61,322 nt of DNA from Myxococcota bacterium (GTDB taxonomy: Bacteria; Myxococcota_A; Bradymonadia; UBA7976; UBA1532). A model generated the notes under the pieces. That model did not search any database, was not told where the DNA came from, and saw only the letters and a list, made by a program, of their open reading frames with translations. A program made the position numbers and the translations under genes. The stretch is from positions 1 through 61,322 of the forward strand of contig JAYZEG010000086.1 in NCBI GenBank assembly GCA_036337435.1, in the 5' to 3' direction. Positions 27,469-37,320 of the stretch are shown one piece after another (within the stretch, counting starts at the first letter, position 1; each line of letters begins with the position of its first letter).

Positions 27469-28842
27469 ATGGACTGTTCTTTGACGGGTCTAGAAGCACA
27501 ATTTGGACGGTACGTCTTCCTCAAGAAACTCGCGGAAGGCGGAATGGCGGAAATCTTCCTGGCGCAAAGGCGAAGCTTTGGTGGCTTTGGCCGTTTCGTC
27601 GTCATTAAACGTTTATTGCCAGAACATCGCGGTCAGTTGGTCTACGAGCGACTTTTCTTGGAAGAAGCTCGGATCGTAGCATCCCTCAAGCATCCAAATG
27701 TCGTTAATACCTATGACCTTGGGAAGTTTGATGATGCCTACTTCATGGTGATGGAATACATCCATGGCGTCTCGGGAGCTGAGTTGCTTACCAAGGCAGC
27801 CCGTGCTGAAGGTTCCGTCGAGTACGGAGCAGCTGTCACCATCTGTGCTCAAATCGCAAAGGCGTTGGACTTTGGTTATCGAGGTGTCGACTTCGCCCAC
27901 GATGCCCTCGGCATTGTCCATCACGACATCAGTCCGCACAATCTTCAAATCGGATACGACGGGTCTGTTAAGCTACTTGATTATGGGGTCGCAACTCAAA
28001 CTGGACATGATTCACCGAAAGGTCGCCGGGGCAAATACGCGTACATGACCCCCGAGGTCATCGCAAAAGAGCCCGCCGACCATCGGAGCGATTTGTTCTC
28101 ACTGGCAGTGATCCTCTATGAATTCACGGTTGGTCGACGCTTGTTCAAAGCGAAAACACCAAAAGAGACCATGAATCGGATCCAAACGGGCCGCGTTCCG
28201 AAACCGACGACACTCAGTCAGGCCTATCCGCCCGCGCTGGAAGGGTTTCTCGAAAAAGCACTCAGCACGGACCCCGATAAGCGCTATCAGACGGGACTGT
28301 CATTTGCTGACGCATTGATCGAGGCTGCTCACGACAGCAACTGCGTTACAGGAACCGCTGCCCTAGCCGGCTATATGAGGAGCCTGTTTTATTCGGAAAT
28401 CGAAACGCGCCGAGATGAACTCGTGCAGTTGTCAGCCCGACTTGACGAGAGTCGCGACACCACATGGACATCGTCTCACAATCTCATTGGCACCGGTGAC
28501 TTCGATGCTGTATCTGACGAAACCGACTCGCAAATTGCCGCGCCAGCTGGACGGGAGACAAACGAACTGAATGACGTCGCAAATCTATCCGAAATCCTGA
28601 AGCCGTCAAATCAATCGCAGTTACCGATGATCAATCGGCTCGAATCGCCACCGCTCAATGCGTTGGCGAGTCCAATCGAGACCGTTGAGTATCTTCCCGC
28701 AGGTGTGAACGACACGGATACGGACTGGAGTCGGACGAATGACGCGACCAGCAGTCCTGCAGCTCGATTCGCTGTCAAAATATTGGGTGGGCTCGTCCTG
28801 GCCCTCGGTGCTGCCCTGATCTGGGCCTTGCAACGCGCGTAA
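27469..28842 (+). CDS. Hanks-type Ser/Thr protein kinase with C-terminal TM helix
   Basis: LAEGGMAEIF, VIKRL, HHDISPHN, KLLDYG, GKYAYMTPE, SDLFSL. Confidence 0.92.
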   Translation: MDCSLTGLEAQFGRYVFLKKLAEGGMAEIFLAQRRSFGGFGRFVVIKRLLPEHRGQLVYERLFLEEARIVASLKHPNVVNTYDLGKFDDAYFMVMEYIHGVSGAELLTKAARAEGSVEYGAAVTICAQIAKALDFGYRGVDFAHDALGIVHHDISPHNLQIGYDGSVKLLDYGVATQTGHDSPKGRRGKYAYMTPEVIAKEPADHRSDLFSLAVILYEFTVGRRLFKAKTPKETMNRIQTGRVPKPTTLSQAYPPALEGFLEKALSTDPDKRYQTGLSFADALIEAAHDSNCVTGTAALAGYMRSLFYSEIETRRDELVQLSARLDESRDTTWTSSHNLIGTGDFDAVSDETDSQIAAPAGRETNELNDVANLSEILKPSNQSQLPMINRLESPPLNALASPIETVEYLPAGVNDTDTDWSRTNDATSSPAARFAVKILGGLVLALGAALIWALQRA

Positions 28843-28929
28843 CCGTTCTAAATGAAAATGAGACCGTGCGATTAAGCATATTTGTTTTGACAGGATAGTC
28901 CACTTCGCCTATTTTCCTGCTCCCACTGA

Positions 28930-29002
28930 GGGGCAGTAGCTCAGCTGGGAGAGCACTTGACTGGCAGTCAAGAGGTCAGGGGTTCGAGCCCCCTCTGCTC
29001 CA
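28930..29002 (+). tRNA. tRNA-Ala (anticodon GGC), CCA not encoded
   Basis: GGGGCAG/CTGCTCC acceptor stem with G3:U70, D arm AGCTCAGCTGGGAGAGC, anticodon arm CTTGA-CTGGCAG-TCAAG, and T loop GGTTCGAGCC. Confidence 0.97.
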
Positions 29003-29004
29003 CT

Positions 29005-29034
29005 CGCCGACCACATTGGTCGGCGTTTTTTTTT
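29005..29034 (+). terminator. Rho-independent terminator of tRNA-Ala
   Basis: CGCCGACCA-cat-TGGTCGGCG perfect 9-bp stem followed by T9. Confidence 0.9.
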
Positions 29035-29088
29035 GTCTCGAGCAAGATAGAAGCTGACAAGGCCTCCGTTTACCTCGTACTTTAGACT

Positions 29089-29703
29089 ATGCAGATAATC
29101 TTCATTCACGGATATCTCGCCCATCGTTCAATCTGGCACCCAATGGCACGCCGATTGAGAAAAGAGGGTTTCATGACTCTGGTCTATGGTTATCCAAGTC
29201 ATCGAGGAGACCTCGCGGACCATGCTCAAGCATTTGCGGCGAAAGTCAACGAGTACGCAAGCGATGAATACGCTATCGTCGCTCATTCAATGGGTGGTCT
29301 CATCGTACGCGGGGCATTATCGCGTCTTAAAGCCCAACCAAAACGAATTGTATTTGTGTCCACACCACATCGAGGCTGTGCCAGAGCGAAACAGTTCAGA
29401 CAAAGCGTTTTTTCCCGCTGGATGAGTCCAGCTGTCAAACAAACAGCATATGGACTTGATCCCCCCAAGGACACCAGTTCTTGGGGCATCGTTCTGGGCT
29501 CTCGTGACAAAGTGGTTTCCGCGGAAGAAGGTGCGGTCTCAAACGTGCCGACAATGTTACTGCCTTATGGCCACAATGAAATACTGTGGCGCCCACGAAC
29601 CAGTCGGGGCATCGCCAATTTCGTCCGTCATGGTGTTTTTGAATCGCGCGACGATAACTTAAAAAATGTTATCGCGTCGGACCTCGAGCACTCAGGAGTC
29701 TGA
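29089..29703 (+). CDS. Alpha/beta hydrolase (lipase/esterase-like)
   Basis: FIHGY oxyanion motif, AHSMGG nucleophile elbow, STPHRG, D-KVV and GHN. Confidence 0.88.
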   Translation: MQIIFIHGYLAHRSIWHPMARRLRKEGFMTLVYGYPSHRGDLADHAQAFAAKVNEYASDEYAIVAHSMGGLIVRGALSRLKAQPKRIVFVSTPHRGCARAKQFRQSVFSRWMSPAVKQTAYGLDPPKDTSSWGIVLGSRDKVVSAEEGAVSNVPTMLLPYGHNEILWRPRTSRGIANFVRHGVFESRDDNLKNVIASDLEHSGV

Positions 29704-29710
29704 AAGCATC

Positions 29711-32700
29711 ATGTCGACCTTTGTCCGAATTATCCTCGGCTGCACTTTATTGATTTGGATGCCGACTTTACAGGGATGTGACGGCACGGAGAGTCAAGGG
29801 CTGTCACAATCCATAGTTGATTCTGGCCACGATGCTACACGGCTTGACGCGGCGGATGGTGATGACGTGCGATCTCAGCCAGACGGCCTCACAGATGCAT
29901 CGATGGGCACCGACGGTTTATTTTTCGTCGACGCAGGCTCTGATGCTGAGGCGTGTGGCCCGGGGGATGAACCAGAGAGCTGTGAAGGTCACCTATTTGC
30001 TGAATGCCGTGGACGAGATGGTAGCAATGAGGCCACACTCATCGTCGGCACTGTCTTAACCCACGATAGGGTGCTGTGTGATGGTGAAGTTTTAGTGGAC
30101 GGTTCCACTGGAAAAATACTCTGTGTGGCAGACGATTGCTCCGATCATCCTTTGGCGGCAGAGGCTGCCATCGTTTGTGGATCAATTGTGACACCAGGAC
30201 TCATAGACCCCCACAATCATATGAGTTTTAATAGCCTTCCTCGTTGGCGCCACGGGGCGAGACTATTTCAAAATCGAAACGAGTGGCGGTCCCTAATTGG
30301 GCGAGAGCTCTATGGTGCGAGACCAAGTACGGGCGATCCTGTAGCCGCCAGATACAATGAGGTGCGGCTGCTCATGGCGGCCACCACCTCAGTCCATAAG
30401 GCGGAGAATGTTCGGTCCAGTCATGACCATGTCCGAAATATCGATCGAGGCCCAAACTCAAACGGACTCGGCTATGGAGATTCTGCCGTAACTGAATGCG
30501 TCTTTCCCCTGACTCAAGGCTGCTCTGCTGCACCAAATTATGACACAGGTGAATCGATACCGGAAAGACGCTACATCGCCCACCTATCCGAGGGGATTGA
30601 CGCGTCAAGTTTGGCTGAATTTGAGCGTTTTTACGAATCAGGTCAGCTGGGTGATAAAACATCCATCATACATTGTGTGAGTTGTACCGGAACAGAGTTT
30701 TCCGCGCTCCGGGCCAAACAGGCCAGCCTCATTTGGTCTCCTCAATCGAATGTTGAACTATATGGGGCAACCACCGATGTTCCATCGGCAATGAATATGG
30801 GGATCAATGTCGCACTCGGTCCAGACTGGACCCCATCAGGCACGATGAATCAGCTTGCTGAGATGAAATGCGCAAAGCGATTATCGGACACGTACTATGA
30901 TGGACGCATCAGCAATCGCGATATCTTTAGAATGGTCACGGATCGCGCAGCCAAATCCATCGGCGTTGAAGATTTGGTGGGTCGTTTGCAGCAGGGCCTA
31001 TACGCCGATGTCGCCGTTTTCGAGGGGAATCGAGAATTTCCTTACGACGCGCTAGTTGGGTCCAGCGCTGAAAACGTGAGGGCTGTTTTTATCTCAGGCC
31101 TGATCAATTACGGTGACTCAGATGTTTTTGGCTCTTTCAACCGCCGAAATGCGTTCTGTGAACAACTTGATATTTGCGGAATGGATAAAACAATCTGCAT
31201 TCGAGATGCTGACGGTGATGCAAATCTTACGGACCCCGATGACTGGCCTCTATTCGGATTCGATGACTTACATAGCTACATGAATCGCGTCGTACAACGT
31301 CGTCGCCCAGATGATTTGCCACAGTGGTTGGAGTATGTCTACGAGCCGTATCCAGTCTACGAGTGTGAACCAACTTTCAGCTGCGAGTTCGGAAACACCA
31401 TGGTATCTGGACGGACCAAGGACGGTGATCGCGACGGTGACGACGTTGACGACGACGAGGACAACTGTCCTGATGTCTTTAATCCAGAGCAAGGCGATCT
31501 AGATTCTGACGGCACTGGAAACGCCTGCGATCCGTGCCCTTGGGCTTTTGACGAATGTCCGTGCACACCTCCATCAGGCATTGACTTGGACGCCGACGGT
31601 ATTCGGGAAAATGAAGATAACTGCCCTCAACACAGTAACCCTCAACAAACAGACCGAGACCAAGACGGGCGCGGTGACGAATGCGACTTTTGCCCAGACC
31701 TTGCGGATGGACCGGAACGTGGTTGCGAAGCCAGCATACCCGAGGTGAAACGTCGCGAACTGAATCAAGAGCAGTTTTTTGAGTTCGAGGGGGTCGTTAC
31801 AGCGGTCTTTCAAGAAAACGCTCCGATCACCCAGCCGGGCAGTTTTTTTATGCAGGCAGCACAGACTGAGGAAAATCCCGTGGAGGATGGTCATCGGGGG
31901 GTCTATGTCTATATGGGCAACCGCGCTCAGGGGGTCTCAATTCCAAGTGTGGGTGACGCCGTCCAAGTCACAGGCAAGACGTCTGACTATTATGGCCAGG
32001 CTCAGCTCAACCAGATCACTCGAATCAGCACGACCTTAGCCGAGTTCACGCCTCGACCGGTGACGCCGCCATTTGAAAGGCTCATTGGGCAGGCTGAACG
32101 CTATGAAGGCATGCTTGTTTGTATTAACGAAATCGTTGTCACAGACATCGAGCCCGATGTGGGTCCTGGTGACAATCGAGACCAGCCCATTAATGAATTC
32201 GTCGTCACCGATGTCATATCGGGACTTTCAATTAGAATTAACGACGTGCTGTATCTCTCGACCCCCTTCCCTGAGCTCGGTGATGGGTTTCAACAAATTT
32301 GCGGTGTTCACCGTCTTGCCAATGGACACTATAAAATCGAACCTCGAGATTCGAGCGATCTAGATCAAGGTCCACCCATCGTAATGGGTTTCGAACCGAA
32401 CCGAGGCTATACAAGAGCCGGGTTGAATCGTTCGCCTCGTGCCATTGCCGGTCAACCAATTCAAATCAGCTTAAGCCGACCAGCTGGCCCTGATGGACAA
32501 TTCGTTCAGCTTCAATCGAGTGAACCAGACCACGTGTCTGTCCCACCAGAAATTTTCATTCCTGCAGGTGAACTATACGCTGAGCTGCCCACCAGAGCCC
32601 ACCGAGAACACATCGGTGTGACTGTAACGGCTCGAACACCAACACAAGAGGGCAGTGGAAGCGCATTGATCGCAGTCTATGGTGAGCGTGCTGATGCGGA

Positions 32701-34090
32701 ATTCATTGAATTCGAACGCGATTTTTATGGCGTTATTTTAAACGAAGTAATCCAGATTCGAGTGATTTTTGACAAACCGCTTCTAAGGCAAGAATCTTTA
32801 GAAATCCGGGCGGAGACTCCGGGCCTCGTTCGGCATGCTGAGACCGTTATGATCGAATCGAATGCACATTCTGGCGTATTCGAGTTAGTGGGAGCCCGTG
32901 TCGGCGAGACCATGATCTCAGTCAATCTCGGTCCCTTGGTTGCACGGGTATCCGTGTTTGTTACGCCTCGCCCGAGTCGACCGTTAATCAATGAGGTCAA
33001 TGTAGACATGGCGGGCGCAGAATTTCGGGAATATGTCGAAATTTATAATCCGGGCCCCATCCCACTGTCGCTAGACACCATCAGTCTAGAGTTTATTAAC
33101 GGAAATAATGGCGAGCCCTATGAACGATTTGATCTCGGCGAGGTTCATCCGGAACTGCCTGGCTTCAGATATCTCATCGTGGGTGACCAGGCACTTGAAG
33201 AGAGTTTACCGGCGGAGACTTTGTTCATCCCCATCGAGTCTCGACAAACTGAACATGACATCCAGAATGGCCCAGACGGATTCTTACTTCTAGACGGCGA
33301 TGTCATCATCGACTCAATGTCGTATGCCGGCGAAATCGAAGGCGTTACCGAAGGTGATTTAAGTGCTCCAGACGATCCCAACGATGACCTTGGCGAATCC
33401 ATAAGCCGTTGTCCTAATGGTGCTGATACAGACAACAATGGAGATGACTTCAACCTCGTCAGAGAGACGCCTGGTGCTGACAATTTATGTAATCCGCCCA
33501 TCGACCCGGACGCAGGAATCAATGATTCGGGTTTCGTTCCGGACAATGGTTTAGGAAACAGCGATGCAGGCTCAATGGAATTGGACTCTGGTCGGATTCA
33601 GGATGCCGGTCTCGGTATTTCCGATGCGAGCCCATTCGATAATGGGCCACCTCGCATTGATGGTGAACAGCCTCGGGATGGGTCTGTAAACGATTCCGAA
33701 CCCCTTGACATCGCCGCCGCCGAGACAGACGGGGAGCTGCCAGATTCAGCGCCAAGAGATTCATCTGATGTTGACCGACTGGTCTTCACCGACGCGTCTG
33801 CAGATGTAAATGATGCGCAGGCAGACTCGCAAGCCGGTGATTCATCAACGGCGATTAGCGACGGGGCGATAAGCGATGGGGCGATAAGCGATACGGGTAC
33901 AGATTCACCCCCCAACACAAACGATGCGGGCAGTCCGGATGCTATCAGCGACGGTGCTATCCGCCAGGCTGACGGAGCACCAGGAGATGCCGGTCGTGAG
34001 AATCCTGAAGCTCAGGACGATGCGGCCAGTCCATCTGACGCACAGCAAGCTCAAGATGACGTAGATAACTCAGTGAATGGCGACGATTAA
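29711..34090 (+). CDS. Large lipoprotein: amidohydrolase, TSP3 repeats, OB folds, Ig-like region, lamin-tail domain and acidic tail
   Basis: Lipobox LQGC; PGLIDPHNH, HLSEG, IIH, LGPDW; DxDxDG..DxCP repeats; GVVTAV...VGDAVQVTG..SDYYGQAQL; LINEV...EYVEIYN...TPGADN. Confidence 0.85.
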   Translation: MSTFVRIILGCTLLIWMPTLQGCDGTESQGLSQSIVDSGHDATRLDAADGDDVRSQPDGLTDASMGTDGLFFVDAGSDAEACGPGDEPESCEGHLFAECRGRDGSNEATLIVGTVLTHDRVLCDGEVLVDGSTGKILCVADDCSDHPLAAEAAIVCGSIVTPGLIDPHNHMSFNSLPRWRHGARLFQNRNEWRSLIGRELYGARPSTGDPVAARYNEVRLLMAATTSVHKAENVRSSHDHVRNIDRGPNSNGLGYGDSAVTECVFPLTQGCSAAPNYDTGESIPERRYIAHLSEGIDASSLAEFERFYESGQLGDKTSIIHCVSCTGTEFSALRAKQASLIWSPQSNVELYGATTDVPSAMNMGINVALGPDWTPSGTMNQLAEMKCAKRLSDTYYDGRISNRDIFRMVTDRAAKSIGVEDLVGRLQQGLYADVAVFEGNREFPYDALVGSSAENVRAVFISGLINYGDSDVFGSFNRRNAFCEQLDICGMDKTICIRDADGDANLTDPDDWPLFGFDDLHSYMNRVVQRRRPDDLPQWLEYVYEPYPVYECEPTFSCEFGNTMVSGRTKDGDRDGDDVDDDEDNCPDVFNPEQGDLDSDGTGNACDPCPWAFDECPCTPPSGIDLDADGIRENEDNCPQHSNPQQTDRDQDGRGDECDFCPDLADGPERGCEASIPEVKRRELNQEQFFEFEGVVTAVFQENAPITQPGSFFMQAAQTEENPVEDGHRGVYVYMGNRAQGVSIPSVGDAVQVTGKTSDYYGQAQLNQITRISTTLAEFTPRPVTPPFERLIGQAERYEGMLVCINEIVVTDIEPDVGPGDNRDQPINEFVVTDVISGLSIRINDVLYLSTPFPELGDGFQQICGVHRLANGHYKIEPRDSSDLDQGPPIVMGFEPNRGYTRAGLNRSPRAIAGQPIQISLSRPAGPDGQFVQLQSSEPDHVSVPPEIFIPAGELYAELPTRAHREHIGVTVTARTPTQEGSGSALIAVYGERADAEFIEFERDFYGVILNEVIQIRVIFDKPLLRQESLEIRAETPGLVRHAETVMIESNAHSGVFELVGARVGETMISVNLGPLVARVSVFVTPRPSRPLINEVNVDMAGAEFREYVEIYNPGPIPLSLDTISLEFINGNNGEPYERFDLGEVHPELPGFRYLIVGDQALEESLPAETLFIPIESRQTEHDIQNGPDGFLLLDGDVIIDSMSYAGEIEGVTEGDLSAPDDPNDDLGESISRCPNGADTDNNGDDFNLVRETPGADNLCNPPIDPDAGINDSGFVPDNGLGNSDAGSMELDSGRIQDAGLGISDASPFDNGPPRIDGEQPRDGSVNDSEPLDIAAAETDGELPDSAPRDSSDVDRLVFTDASADVNDAQADSQAGDSSTAISDGAISDGAISDTGTDSPPNTNDAGSPDAISDGAIRQADGAPGDAGRENPEAQDDAASPSDAQQAQDDVDNSVNGDD
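33851..33895 (+). repeat. Three imperfect 15-bp tandem repeats encoding AISDG
   Basis: gcgattagcgacggg / gcgataagcgatggg / gcgataagcgatacg. Confidence 0.85.
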
Positions 34091-34296
34091 TCATTTAGGG
34101 CCACGCCCTGTCTTAGACCATGCCCAATTTCGAGCCACAGAAGCTGGTTATCTGTCGAGCTAGTTCGTCAATGCGGTCGAGCGTGTAGAGCAAAGACATC
34201 GACGAAAGGCCAGGCGTGGACTGAATCGTTTTGCAACGGCCAGCCATGAAACACGCCTTGTTGCGATTGAGCAAGACGATTAACGGCGCACCGGTG

Positions 34297-36690
34297 TTAA
34301 GTCCGGCGCGTCTTTGGTCTCAAGTAGCCGATGAGCAGAAAAAGCATGAAACCAAGAAAACCGGAATCGGCGTCGCTGGCCACATCGCAAGAGCATCCTG
34401 ACTGAGAGTCAGAATCGGAACTTATGTCGGCCCCACCGGCGCCCATGCCTGCATCAGTCCCGCCGACACCACCGACACCACCGGCTCCACCTACAGCCCC
34501 AGCACCACCGGCACCACCGGCACCACCGGCACCACCTTCAGCCCCAGCACCACCCGTGCCGCCTTCGCCCCCAGCACCACTCCGTTGATTGATTGGCCAA
34601 TCTGCAACACATTGTGCCGTGCCATCGATCAATGCGCAGCGCTGATAACGTGGACACGTTACACCAACGCATGGGTCTGGGAGGCAATCGCCTTTGTAAC
34701 ATACAGAGCCCGTTACACATTCGGTTTCATCACACGGGTCATCGACGCAGAGATTATCGATACAAATTTGGCCCGCCTCAGGACACCCAACGGGTCCGCA
34801 GCCCGTGTCAGCGCAGAGGCCGTCAATACACGCTTGGGCCGCTGGACATGCAACATCAGCGCAGCTAAAGATGCACTCTCCGTCACGGCAAAAGCTGTCC
34901 TCGCCACAATCGACGCCGGCACACGGGTCCGGTTCACAGCCGGTTGGCAGACAACGTTCACCGTCCGGACAACCGACAAAAGCGCACGTGTCTGGGCCAC
35001 ATTCACCACCATAACAGACAGTCCCATCTTCACACACGACGCCGGCACAGAGGTCTTGGCACCCGGACTCGGTGCACGTTTCATTTTCGCCGCCACAACC
35101 CTGTTGCTGGCACCAAGGCACACAAGCACCATCGGCACAGAAAACATTTTCCTGTCCGCCTTCGCAGTCCCCCTGAGCGTCGCATGCTGTAAGGCACTGT
35201 CCATCGTAGCAGGCATAGCCATCATCGCAGCTGTCGCCTTCATCTAAGCGACCGTCACAATCATCGTCGAAGCCATTGCACGTTTCAGATGGAATCGCTC
35301 CACACGACCCACATGTATTCCTGACGCGTTCATCGATATGTCCATCGCAATCGTTGTCTTCCAAGTCACAGACTTCGGCACCCGGTGTCACGTTGGGAAT
35401 ACACCGAGTGTTACCGCCCACGCATTGCCATGTGCCGACAGCACAACTGGCACTCAGACCCGTCGCGCATTCGCCCGGAACGACAACCGGCCTGCCGTCC
35501 AGGTGCATATCGATTAGACCGTCGCAATCATTATCACGCCCGTCACAGACCTCAGGGCCACCATCGGGTGTGCAGATGACCCGATCACACGCATCGCCCT
35601 GCCCATCGTTGTCGCGATCACCTTGTTCAGGGTTCGCAATCTTTGGGCAATTGTCACACAGGTCACCCACGCCATCACCGTCGTCATCAGCTTGATCGGG
35701 GTTGGGCACTGTGGGGCAGTTGTCGTTCTCAAGGCAGATCTCATCCACGTCTTCATCGGAACATGGCAAGCCAACCCCCCATTGTGTCGCGAAACAAAAT
35801 TCGTCCGTACTTTCGTTTTGGTTGAGGGGACCAAGGTCGTAGCGTAGTGCCAACGTGACGTCGAAACCGCGGTCGGTGATGAGATTGTTATCGAGGTCGA
35901 TATTCATTTGAGACCGATTGATATCGTCACGCAGTTCTGTACACCCAAAGGCTGAGTTCGCGATCCGATTTTTCTGATCTGGAAAGGAGCCGATCTCCCA
36001 TGAGTTGAGAAAATCGTCGCCACCGAACATGGCATACAAACCGACGAATGTACTTGGTTCAGCCGGATTATCGCCCTCATCAAACTCCCAGAGGGTTTTG
36101 GGCCTACCGACACTGGTTGCACCGTAGTCATTACCAATGCCGCCCTCTCCGAAAAACAGGTCACCGTCCATGTAATGTGTCAGAGCAACGGTATCCATTT
36201 GCTGCCCGCTCACATTGGTCAGGGTGTAACATTTCTCCAAGACCGTGCAATTGAGCCTGAAGCGCCCTTCGACACGAATGCCATTCAGCGTGAATTCGCT
36301 CTGTATCTCGCCGTCAACGACCCGCGTGTCTACAGCAACCCCGCGATGGTCTCCTGTTTCCAACCACGCACCCGTCGTTTGCTCACCAGACGTGGAACAC
36401 AAATAGGCCATTGATTCGAAAATCGTACGGACTAAGCCCTCATCAGGTTGGTCATCAGCGGGGTCAAAGCAGGCGGCTCCCCCTCCGGTCGATGTTCCTG
36501 TCGCCCCCATGTTATCGAGTCCCAGCAACACGCGACCGAGCTCTGGAGCACAGTCGGCGCCTGTGGCGAGCCGGTTGGCCCCGTTATCAGGTTCGCAGTT
36601 TTGTGCATGCACCGCGGATAATGACCCCAGCACTGTCGCAAATAAAATGATGAGGCCTCTAATGAGCCCCCGTGTCAAAAAGTCGTTCAA
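34297..36690 (-). CDS. Cys-rich cell-surface protein with TSP3 and MopE-like repeats, Gly-rich linker and MYXO-CTERM tail
   Basis: AGGAG RBS and signal peptide; DNCPTVPNPDQAD, EVCDGRDNDCDG, DPCAGVDC repeats, (GGA)n linker, and SGCSC...hydrophobic helix...RPKTRR. Confidence 0.88.
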   Translation of the reverse strand: MNDFLTRGLIRGLIILFATVLGSLSAVHAQNCEPDNGANRLATGADCAPELGRVLLGLDNMGATGTSTGGGAACFDPADDQPDEGLVRTIFESMAYLCSTSGEQTTGAWLETGDHRGVAVDTRVVDGEIQSEFTLNGIRVEGRFRLNCTVLEKCYTLTNVSGQQMDTVALTHYMDGDLFFGEGGIGNDYGATSVGRPKTLWEFDEGDNPAEPSTFVGLYAMFGGDDFLNSWEIGSFPDQKNRIANSAFGCTELRDDINRSQMNIDLDNNLITDRGFDVTLALRYDLGPLNQNESTDEFCFATQWGVGLPCSDEDVDEICLENDNCPTVPNPDQADDDGDGVGDLCDNCPKIANPEQGDRDNDGQGDACDRVICTPDGGPEVCDGRDNDCDGLIDMHLDGRPVVVPGECATGLSASCAVGTWQCVGGNTRCIPNVTPGAEVCDLEDNDCDGHIDERVRNTCGSCGAIPSETCNGFDDDCDGRLDEGDSCDDGYACYDGQCLTACDAQGDCEGGQENVFCADGACVPWCQQQGCGGENETCTESGCQDLCAGVVCEDGTVCYGGECGPDTCAFVGCPDGERCLPTGCEPDPCAGVDCGEDSFCRDGECIFSCADVACPAAQACIDGLCADTGCGPVGCPEAGQICIDNLCVDDPCDETECVTGSVCYKGDCLPDPCVGVTCPRYQRCALIDGTAQCVADWPINQRSGAGGEGGTGGAGAEGGAGGAGGAGGAGAVGGAGGVGGVGGTDAGMGAGGADISSDSDSQSGCSCDVASDADSGFLGFMLFLLIGYLRPKTRRT
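34502..34537 (-). repeat. Four 9-bp tandem units encoding the Gly-Gly-Ala linker
   Basis: gcaccaccg x3 plus gcaccacct on the + strand. Confidence 0.85.
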
Positions 36691-36774
36691 GGCGGCTCTC
36701 CTGTTCGTTTAGTCTCATCGGAATCGCCCGTATTCCAGAGGTCAGTTTATACAAAATATGTACATTAACGCGAG

Positions 36775-37320
36775 TCATATTTCTACGAGAGATGGCTGAT
36801 TCCGATGCCTCGATGTGGACTTTCGGTTCAGAGCCAGTGCCATCCGATTTGCCGTATCACCGTTGGGGTACTTATCCGAAGAGTCAACCATCGCAAACCC
36901 CGACTTGAGAAATAGCCGCTGAGCTGATGTATTCCTCTGGGACACGTGAAGTTGGATGAAGGTTGCTCCAACAGTTTGTGAGCCCGATTTCAAGGCGTCG
37001 ACAGCGCGCTCAAGCAGCAATAATCCGATCCCCTGTCGACGGACCGACGGGTCCACCGCCAGCGCAATAATCTCACCGGCTACCTGCTGAGCAAGCCTGC
37101 GATAAACGTAGATGACAAAACCGACCGGCCGCTTGTTTTTGAGGGCGCATAAAGTCACAGCTTGTTCTGATTCGAGCCAGTGCTCAATCGTCTCCAAATA
37201 CGATCCAAATCGAGAGAAGGCGGTTCGACTGAGCTCTTGAATCTCAGCAAAAAGCCCCTCGTCCGATTTCACACAGAAAGGCACAAGTTCAACGCCATTG
37301 CCGGCAACTCGATCCGTCAA
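36775..37320 (-). CDS. GNAT N-acetyltransferase (RimI-like)
   Basis: LAVDPSVRRQGIG acetyl-CoA motif and LHVSQRNTSAQRLFLKSGF; overlaps the kinase stop. Confidence 0.88.
   Translation of the reverse strand: MTDRVAGNGVELVPFCVKSDEGLFAEIQELSRTAFSRFGSYLETIEHWLESEQAVTLCALKNKRPVGFVIYVYRRLAQQVAGEIIALAVDPSVRRQGIGLLLLERAVDALKSGSQTVGATFIQLHVSQRNTSAQRLFLKSGFAMVDSSDKYPNGDTANRMALALNRKSTSRHRNQPSLVEI

Noticed and set aside
28930..36690. tRNA-Ala as an integration site for a genomic island
   Set aside because: No integrase, no duplicated tRNA 3' end noticed, and no obvious compositional shift downstream.
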